Source: Oikopleura dioica (lineage: Eukaryota; Animalia; Chordata). Taken from it: a DNA stretch of 64,000 nucleotides. Shown piece after piece: positions 54,701-64,000 of this stretch. The stretch covers positions 9,734,001 through 9,798,000 of the forward strand of contig OU015566.1 of NCBI GenBank assembly GCA_907165135.1. The letters are read 5' to 3'. The translations under genes were made by a program, and so were the position numbers. Position 1 is the stretch's first letter. Each line of letters opens with the position of its first letter. The notes beneath the pieces were generated by a model. The model did no database searches and was not told the origin of the DNA. It worked only from the letters and a program-made list of their open reading frames with translations.

Positions 54701-57700
54701 ATTACCCGGCAACTAAAAACGAAACAAGCCGGATTAAACAACAACTTGAAACAGAAAAATTCACAACGAAAAATTTTGGAAACGAAAAAACTAATGTGCC
54801 ATTCTTTAAACTTCCTAAACGCGATCAAGACGCAAAGGTCCGACAACGATTATCAGAGTACTGCCGTCGGGCGTATAAAAAAGTCAAAACTACGAAAGAA
54901 GAATTAAGAAATGATATCATCTGTCAACGAGAGAATCCTTTTTACATTGATACAGTCCGCATGTTCCGTGATAAACGATACGAGTACAAGGGATTACTGA
55001 AAAAGTCCAAAAAGATACTCGAAGCGGCGCAGAAAAGAGGAGCTGATGCGGCAGAAATTAAAGATTGCAACGGAAAAGTTGTTCTTTATGATTCGCTGCA
55101 GTTGGCGCACAAGTGCATTCTCAATTCCTTCTATGGTTACGTTATGAGAAAGGGATCCAGATGGTTCTCAATGGAAATGGCAGGCATCGTCTGTTACACT
55201 GGCGCAAATATCATCAAAAACGCTAGAATGATCGTTGAGAAAATCGGCCGAGGTCTCGAACTGGATACTGACGGTATCTGGTGCATTTTACCAGCTTCGT
55301 TTCCTGAAAACTTCACATTTAACACCCGAAAGGAAGGGAAGAAAAAAGTCATGATCTCGTACCCCGGAGCGATTTTGAATTACATGTGCGATCAGAAATT
55401 CACAAACAATCAGTACCACGATTTAGGCGAAGATGGAAAATACACTAAACGCGACGAGAACTCGATCTTCTTCGAAGTTGATGGCCCTTACAAGGCGATG
55501 ATTCTACCCGCTTCGACAGAGCAAGGTCGAAAGCTGAAAAAACGTTATGCCGTGTTTAATTTCGACGGATCTTTGGCCGAGCTGAAAGGATTTGAGGTGA
55601 AACGCCGTGGAGAACTCCAGCTTGTGAAACTTTTCCAGCAATCCGTTTTTGATTCATTTTTGAAAGGCAAGAACTTGAAGGAATGCTATGGTGAAGTCGC
55701 TAAAGTTGCCGATTATTGGATCGATGTCTTGTATTCCAAGGCTGCTCACATGCCCGACGATGAACTGTTTGACCTCATCGCCGAAAAGCGATCCATGTCG
55801 AAAAAACTATCAGAGTACGGCGAGCAGAAATCAACTTCCATTTCAACAGCAAAGCGTCTGGCTGAATTTCTCGGTGACGAAATGGTCAAAGACTCGGGTT
55901 TAGCCTGCAACTTCTTCATCTCGAAATACCCAGCTGGTGCACCAACGACTGAACGAGCGATTCCCCTTGCTATCTTTCAAGCTGAGCCGAGTATTAAAAA
56001 TTATTACGTGCGGAAGTGGTGCAAAGATTCAAGCCTCCACGATTTCGACATAAGAGACTTGATCGACTGGGAATATTACCTTGAGCGTTTTGGAGCAACG
56101 ATTCAAAAAATCATCACGATTCCAGCCGCGTTACAGAACGTTTCCAACCCTGTCCCGCGCATCAAACATCCTGATTGGCTTCACAAAGAGCTGCTCCAGC
56201 GGAATGACACTTTCCGACAGGGGAAGATGATAGATCACTTCAAAGTCACAAAACGAACGACGACGGAAGAAATAAATGAAAAGGAGAATCAAGCGCCTGA
56301 CATAGAGAATCTTTGCGGAGGGAAGCCTCAAGAACGAAAACCTCTGGTAAACTTTTCCCGTAAACGAGCCCGCGAGGATGAAAGCATGTTCATTGGGAAG
56401 ACCTGGAAGGATGCGCTGGGAGAGATGCCCGTCTGGGGCGAGACATGGGAGGAAAGACGCAAGTGGTTCAAGTTTCAAAAGCTCAAGTGGGAGTTTCAAC
56501 GGAAGAAGAAACGAATTTTAAAGAAATCTGGAAAGGTAGACCGTTCTGGTCGGCAAGGAGAGAGTGTTGGTGGCACTTTAGGTGCGATAAAAAAGCGAGC
56601 AAAAACAGTCTTGGACCAGTTTTGGAGCGTCATCCAAGTTGAAGAACTACAAAACGGCGAGTTCAAATTGTGGACTCAAATTGATCACGAGCTTCATCAC
56701 ATGACCGTCACAGTTCCTCGCATTTTCTACGTCAACAGGAAAACTCCTAAAGCTCAAGAAATCGGGCCAGTGTGGAAGCGTATCCAAAAGTCATTGCCTC
56801 GTTCAACCCCCGCCAACTTCCTCTATCAGTACAGTCTCAACGAGAGCGACTTTCGGGCTCACTATCACGAGATTCAAACGGAACTGAACGGGCCAGAAGT
56901 AGAAGGTGTCTACGAAATGGGAGTGCCGCTTGATTTCCGGCTGATGGTCGACCTTGGTTGTGTTTGCTCAGTAACGCGAAGTGCAGCGAAGGGAATGTCT
57001 AAGATGGGAGTCGAGCAGTTCCAACTTGACGAGCTCGAGTCACACAGCTGCTCGGAGCACATGTATCTATCAGAAAATGTCCGGACAATGTATGTCCATC
57101 ACAATGGCAAGGGAAATACACAATTTCTGGCACTTTACTCTTCTGGCAAGCTCTATATCTACCTCCTAGCGCCTTCGAGACAAAACTTGATGCCCAACAT
57201 CATGAGCTTGTACAAAAAGTATCTCGAGACGCAAGAATTAAACTCTGAAACAGTTCATATCTCCAGCATTGAAGAAGTAAAAGTTGAAACAAGTGTCAAA
57301 GAGTTACAAAAAGCCTTTTCTCGGGCAGTTGCAAAGGAGCGGATCGGCCCTGTGATGGTTTGTATTCAAAGTCCATTCGATGAGCTTCCCGTGAAAATCG
57401 AAGACGTGCCGATTATTCGTCTGCCAAAGCTGGCTAAAGATGAGCTCGCCGGGCGCACGACGGACTGGCAGAAAGCGGCAGCGGAATCATTCGTGACGCG
57501 GCTCTTCGTCCATAAAATGGAAATCGAGAATCTTAAGGAACAAGCCAGATTCTATCACATCCCGATCGGAAACATACCCAGCGATTGCATCTTATATGGC
57601 GCTGATTTATTCTATGCGCGAGCTTTGCAGCGTTCAAACCAGCTCCTTTGGTGTTCGATGTCTGCCAGACCGGACTTGGGCGGCCGTGAACGAGACCTTG

Positions 57701-60700
57701 CGAGATTAGAGGCTGAGCCGAGTCAGCTTGTGCCTTTGTTCGATAAACCAGGGCTATACCAGTCGATTACGGTGGAAATGACGATCAACGGCATTTTCGA
57801 AGCGGCTTTGTTGCAAAGCCACAACCTGACCGAGCTAGACGGGTTTGAGACGTTTCAACAAGGGACCGTAGATAAACAGTTCAAGGGTAAGACAATTATA
57901 TTAATTAATATTGATGGCATGAATTTGACGTTGGGTTTAAACTTGTCATTCAGCCGACGGTCAATTGAATACGAATTATGCTGAGTCGACTCTTGCCCTC
58001 CCTCAGTACCGTATCTTGAAGAATCTGGTCGCTGTTTGGGTCAAAGACATCGGTAAGGTGGCAGACAGCTTTTAAGAATACAGTCGGTTTCAGGGGTGTG
58101 CATTCGGCCCGAAATCGGGTGTCGGGCCTACCGAGGGCCGAGCCGAAACGAAAAAATCAGTGTTGGGCCGGCCGAAAGCCGAGCCGAGCCGAGGTGCCCG
58201 AATCGGCTTCGGCTCAACTTTCGGCTCGGGCAATTTGGGCTAATTTTCGGGCATTTCGGGCAATGATTTTCGGAAAATTAATATAAATCTGAGCTTAAAA
58301 AACAACCGATTTTGAGGAAAATCGGCCAAATTTCTGATGGCAAAATTTTGGGTTATCAATTTATAAGGTTATTGGTAGATATCAGTCGAAGAATCAAGCA
58401 CAGATCTCTGTAAAATTCTTTCTTACTCTCTAACTTTGGCCGGGTGCCCGGTTGCCCGAAGATTGGGCCGAATTGCCCGAATGCCCGAGCCTGCCCGAAC
58501 CTGCCCGAGAGAATTTCAGGTCACCGGCCGACCGAGAGCCGAGCCGAACATGATTTGCCCGAAAAATTTGTCGGGCAGCCGAATGCCCGAGAGCCGAATG
58601 CACACCCCTGGTCGGTTTATTCTCATGGGCAAAAGAATATTTCTAGCAGTCTATCTTAACCATATGTTTGTAGCGCAATACGACAGCTCTTTTGCAGATT
58701 CTCAGGTCCAGCATCTGATGCGTTACATCACCTCTACCACTTCACTTCTTTTTGATCCCGCTATTCAAGAATTACTCGTCTCAGCTGTATATCGTTTGTA
58801 CAAACTTCTCTGCAACGAGTTGAAACGAATCGGCTGTGAGGCCATTCACGTCTCTCCAAGAAAACTACTGCTCGTTACGAAAAAGAAGAATATCGGGGAT
58901 GCAATTGGATATGTCGACTTTATTGAAAAAACTTTGCGGAAAAAGGAGTTGTTTCAGGCGATTGATTTCAAGTTTACCTCTGCCTGGGAGACGCTTTTGT
59001 GGCACAATCAAAATAATTACGGAGGTTTGCAAGTTCAAGATAAAGTCATCAAAGAGATCATGGGGGATGAAGAAGATGAAGATGACGTCGTAGAGGAGGA
59101 TGAGGAAGAAGAGATGGTGATGAAGTTCGAATGGAGTGAGCATCTTCCCACTGAGGCTGGAATGCAAGCTTCATTCACTCAGGTAATCCAATAAAACCAC
59201 GGACAAGTTTTAATGCTTCGTATTTACAGCTGATTGCTGGCTACATCAAGGTCCTTCACGAACAAGCTAAAGAAACGAGCGATGAAGAGAAGCTAGCCGA
59301 ATTCGCTGTGGGCATAATTACCGGCGAGTTCTCAGATCACCTTCTCGAAGCAACGCAAAAGATTCTAAATAGATACCCGGCCGGAACGACACGTGCGAAA
59401 GAAGTTTTCCCAAAGCTAGCTGGCAGCTTTCTGACGCTAGATCACCCGGCACTATTCTATGCGAAAGTTATAACGCAGGTAAGAATAAGTATCGCTAATT
59501 AATCGAGCCGGCATGAATACTTGTGCAGGTTTTGCTCGCTAAGGTGGATTCTCAATACAAAAAATCGCCTTAGCAAAGTAGATATTTTTATGAGAAACGA
59601 TTCAGGTTCTCTCCGCCCACGAAGGCGTTTCTGAAGAGCTCCAGTCGCTTAGACGAAACGTTTTCCGCCTCCTTGGCATTTCCGAATTCTCTGAGAAAGG
59701 ACAATGGGTTGATCCCGCCGCCAAGTTGATCCTCAAGGATGTCGTTTGCAGTCAATGTGGCGTTTCCCAGGATTTAGATTTGACCGTCGATCTCAATCCT
59801 GACTGCGAGTGTGACTTCTTTGATGAAAAGTCACACAAGCAGGTTATTGAGTCTCGCTTGATTGAAGAGCTCAAGGTATAATCAAAGACACCGTTTGTTT
59901 TATATTCTCCCCTGTTTTTCGAACCCCTCTAGAAAAGGGATGAGGACATCCTGAGATTATTTTAACCCCCTACGCCACAGAATAGACCTTCAGCTCTTAT
60001 TTTAGCCAGATTTAGGCACTGTATGATATCTGTACTCCGAGTCCATAGACTCCCCAAAAGGGGTCGAAATGAGCGAAATCGGGTATTACCGGGTTAATGA
60101 CGTCATAAGTCAAAGACCATGTTTCAATTACCTTTTCTAAGTACCCCTACGCCACAGATCAGACCCTAAGCTACATTCTGGTACTCTTGGGAACCCCCTG
60201 TGATAACTGTGGTCGGAGAACATAGACTCCCCAGTTCGGGGTAATATAAAACAAACGGTGTCAAAGCGTTTTCAACTTCATTCGTTACAATTTTTCAATA
60301 GAAACGAGTCATTGGGTGGAATTTGCAAGACGTGGTCTGCATGCGATGCAACCAAGTCCGCTCCGGCGACATGGGACATCTCTGCGAATGCGCTGGAAAG
60401 TTCAAATGTATCGAAGGCAGGGTGGCTATTTTGGACTTGGGGGTTAGTTGAATTGGATTGGATCCAATCCAATAAGGTTTGGATGGAATTTGGATGGCCA
60501 GGGTATCGGATTTTATTGGGTAAAATTGGGTAATTGGGGAAATTGGGGATTGGCGACATTGGAAAATTGGATCTTCTTGGGGAATTGGCAGTTGTTGGCA
60601 AGATTGGATCCGAGAAAAATTGCGAAAAATGATCGACCAATCAGGTTTGTTCTCAACCTACACTCATCACGCGCAGTCTACCTTTCTCAGACGGATAAAT

Positions 60701-63700
60701 ACTGATCATTAGAGAGTTTTACTGCGATTTAAATGGCATTTTCTTTTCTTTTACTAGTCAACCTTTTTCAGAAGGGATGAGTCCACCTGCCAAGCGTTCC
60801 AAGAGATGCATTTATGTGGCGAGTGACGAAAAAGACAAGGATAAACGAAAAGAAGAGGTTGATAGAAAGAAAGCGGAAATTACTGCTGATGAAAAAGTGA
60901 GCAACCGACTGGTGAATGGAAGAAATGGACCCCTACAAAACTACAAGACAAGATTCGAGAGCTCAACCTTGAATTTGAAGAGTACTATTTCGAGGGATTT
61001 CCGACTTGCTACTTGCGCTGCGCAAGAATAGATGGAGCTAAGTGCAAAAATGCAGAGGAGAGGTAAAATTTGCATTTTGTAAAAATTCTTAAAAACCTTA
61101 AGCCATTCCATACATACGATCAAAATACAGATGTCTATAAAAAGACTCTCGAACCGATTGTGGATCGCCACGCGCAAGCACCAGATGAGCAGAGAGTACT
61201 CGCGCTTCTGAATAACACCAAGGACCACAGAGTTGATGTCCAGAAGAAAGTTCTGCAAGTCATGCGCGATACCGGAACAAGCTTCCGGTTTTGGTCACAT
61301 GACTCTGTCAAGGCCCTGATGCGCTGCCTTCTCAAAAATGTATCCTTTAGCCAGATGCTCATCAATCAACTTTGCCTTTCGAAGGATGCCATCAAAATAT
61401 ACATGAAAGAAGAGGCAAAGAAAATTCGGGAGCGCCTTCAACAGATTCTTCCGGAAATGGCAAAAAAGGGCCGCCTGTCAATTTCTCTAGGATAAGGATT
61501 TCAAAGTTTCTTTAAAAATTTTTGAATAATTTGTCTTATTAACAATTTAATATCCTTTAAAGACCACAAATACGTGAAAACTAAAGAAAATACGCTCTGG
61601 AAGATACTCGGGGTTGAGGTCAATATTCGCTGCAAAAACGGATTTTGGAACTGTTTGATCGGTTATGTTCCGATGCCGGACTCAACTGCGGATCACACCA
61701 TAGAAAAACTGAAGCAGATATTTGAAGAATACAACCTTACCGATGCGATAGAGAAAAACTTGGTCTGCATTGTGAGCGATCAGGCAGCAGAGTCCGTGCC
61801 CGAGCATTTTACGATCAACCGTAGCATTTGCGGAAGTCATTCAATGTGTTGCAACCTTAAGAGAGCGTGCGAACAAAATCTCAGACCAGGTGGACCGAAG
61901 GATAAGAAGTACGAATCACTTGAAAAATTCATCGACAAGTGTGAAGCTACAGTATCGGCGAGTGATCTTCCGGCTGGTGTCGGATACAAGTCAATCAATG
62001 CGTTTTTGATTTCTCAAGAAGTGACTAATCGCTTGCTTATAAAAGAGTTTTATAATGCAAAAATAAAAGCGAGTACTGAAATTCTTGAAGACGATCAAGT
62101 CAAACGACTTGTTGAAGAAAAGACGGATGCATTCCTCAACAGAAAGGAGAAAGGGAAGGCCATCGATCGAATTTCCGGCTCCACGCGCTTCCGGAAATTA
62201 ATCTATGGAGTTCAGCGTCTCCTTTTGAGCGAAGATAGCCTAAACAACCTCTTTTCTATCAACCACCCTCAACGCCATCTTCTCGCTGAGTGTCCAGTCC
62301 CAGATCTGCAGTTTGCGCGATCAATCAACCCTCTTCTTATCGAAATTCATCGCAGTATCAATATTCTCGAGTCTGACTCGCTTGCCTGCGGATCAGCGTA
62401 CTACAAGCAAATCGAACGAATAATGATTGAGTGCGTCAATCGAATCACAATCAGTCGGACCGAGGAATCCAGATTTGCGAAGGCTGTGCTCATCAGTGTG
62501 GTGGAACAGGTTACAAAAAAGCGGATTGATATGAATGGAAACGATGTCCCATGTCAAGTACCCCTTCGTTTTACCAACAAAGACTTGGCAAGCATTTACC
62601 TGGCACCCGACTCTACATCGATAGCGATGAATTTTCATCCAGTCGTCGCCAAAATGAAAGATTCCCGAGTCCCCTTCATCTCCAAAATAATGGTATGTAT
62701 TTATCTTCATGCCAAAAAAAAAAAAATAATTCAGAAAGTACTCGTCGACGGAACCAAGGATTGGCTCGAAAAAGCGAAGAACTGGATCACAGAGGTTGAT
62801 CGAACAATGGAAGACGACGAGCTGACAGATGAACAGTTGTTACAGCTCCTTGAAGCTGGCGTTAATAATGTTCAATGTGACAGCCAAAATAACGCTGTTG
62901 GCCCACTTAGTCACCGCCGCGGACTAGGAAAGCCAAAAGAAATCCGTTCCAAGATCGAAGAAGAGATTGCTCAGTACGACGAAGTAAATGATACTGATAT
63001 AGAAGCGCGTAAGTAATTTTCATCATTAATCTACTTTATTTGAAATTAGACAAGAAGTATTGCGCAATGAAGAAGGTTGCGGAAGATGATATTGTTGGAG
63101 AGTTCTGGCGGCGATACGCTGAAACCTTGCCAAGATTGAGCAGAATCGGATTAATGGTTCGGTTTTTTTGAGTTCAAAAATAAAGCATTTCTTAGCTTCA
63201 TCACTCTTCCGTCTCAAGTTCAAGCCTGGAGCGAGCCTTCAGTTTCACGACATTGATGCGATCTATTCGACGCCACAAACTTGCTGCCAGCACAATCCTA
63301 GACATTGCCCTTGGATCTACAGAAATAAACTTTGAAGAATAAGTATTGTTTGTTTGTTTTTTTTTGAATTTGCTAGCTGGAAAATATTGGAAATCCAATG
63401 GAATCGGGGCATATTGGGAATTGGGAAAAGTTGGAATTTCGGAAGAACTTGGAATTGGATTTTAGTTGGGAATTGGGCGAAAATTGGATTGGATTGGATT
63501 TTGGATGGATAGACCCGGTTAGAAATTTTTTGGATGGAATTTGGATGGATAGACCCCTATTTTTTGTCCAAAATAGCCACTCTGATCGAAGGTACTAATT
63601 CTGACTGATTGTCGCCCAATCTAATTCTTAATTTTTCAGACGGTAAAGAACTTCAAACTTACTTCCGAACACTTCGTCAACTAGCCAAATTTTACAAAAT

Positions 63701-63791
63701 GAATCACTTGTCATCAACAATGGACTGGATTCTCGGGAGTGGAGGTCGAAAGTCCGCAGCTGTCAAAATCGACCGAAACATTCTCAATTAG
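51794..63791 (+). CDS. POLE: DNA polymerase epsilon catalytic subunit
   Basis: Exons 51794-51940, 52504-53013, 53054-53124, 53168-53444 (ExoI YDIETTK), 53490-54126 (ExoII YNGDFFD), 54167-54494 (DVGAMYP), 54693-57886 (ELDTDG), 57954-58052, 58674-59182, 59230-59478, 59606-59875 (CysA), 60302-60416 (CysB), 63640-63791. All phases agree; the last intron needs a GC donor. Confidence 0.97.
58091..58610. mobile_element. 520-bp hAT-type MITE in POLE intron 8
   Basis: TSD GTCGGTTT at 58083-58090 and 58611-58618; TIR CAGGGGTGTGCATTCGGC; internal GCCGA/GCCCGA repeats. Confidence 0.92.
59888..60261. mobile_element. 374-bp TIR element of unclear superfamily in POLE intron 11
   Basis: TIR ACACCGTTTGTTTTATATT at both ends, flanked by CAAAG (59883-59887 and 60262-60266). 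Two internal direct units containing CCCCTACGCCACAGA..CATAGACTCCCCA. Confidence 0.85.
60418..63584 (+). mobile_element. 3167-bp autonomous-type hAT transposon at the POLE exon 12/intron 12 boundary
   Basis: TSD ATCGAAGG at 60410-60417 and 63585-63592; 19-bp TIR CAG(G/A)GTGGCTATTTTGGAC; TTGG-rich subterminal repeats; internal transposase gene. Confidence 0.97.
60777..63342 (+). CDS. hAT transposase, about 721 aa in the simplest splice model
   Basis: Exons 60777-60896, 61103-61490, 61563-62692, 62735-63008, 63050-63156, 63196-63342. Motifs SISLD (D1), IVSDQAA (D2), CGSH (CxxH), STRF (TRW-like), LAPD (LDPR-like), [18 protein letters not shown] (E, hATC domain). Confidence 0.9.
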
Positions 63792-64000
63792 TTTCAAATT
63801 CTGTTCACAGCCAGTTATCTGCCTTATTATTTTAATGAAAAACTTTGCTGGCGTCTCATTTATTCACTGCCAGTATTTACTTATAAATGAAACTTCACAT
63901 TCCAAAGCTTCTATTTGAAACCTTTTCCTTGTAGAAAAATGTATAAATGAGCCAAGCAAGAGCTTTGATAAAGAAATATCTCGATAAGTTTCATCCAGGC

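Noticed and set aside
58436-58673. N-terminal part of the 252-aa ORF 58436-59194
   Set aside because: It reads through MITE repeats and intron. The POLE alignment (KDI-AQY) puts the acceptor at 58673.
59529-59543. 15-nt in-frame micro-exon (VLLAK) in POLE intron 10
   Set aside because: It has AG/GT borders, but the recalled POLE alignment needs no insertion, and there is no transcript evidence.

Overview
Eukaryotic genomic DNA with many 35-60 bp introns, some GA-AG introns and several MITEs. This architecture best fits the larvacean tunicate Oikopleura, inferred from architecture only. No rRNA, tRNA or CRISPR is supportable. Genes: a 12-exon Eph receptor with a degenerate kinase (2.5-15.4 kb), a small RING-zinc-finger gene with RAG1/TRAF-like motifs, a collagen-C1q gene, a probably inactive DEDDh exonuclease-like gene, an SLC43 transporter, a RAB11FIP3/4-like gene, an orphan gene, an intronless GRB2-like adaptor, and a BTB-domain gene head-to-head with a 13-exon POLE (51794-63791). 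Six TIR elements are delimited by exact TSDs. The most striking feature is a 3167-bp hAT transposon with an intact DDE triad inserted exactly at the last 5' splice site of POLE. The TSD and TIR rebuild an in-frame GC donor, and an acceptor upstream of the transposase ATG would give an in-frame POLE-transposase fusion. All exon models were derived by hand; protein-family matches are from recalled motifs, not database searches.
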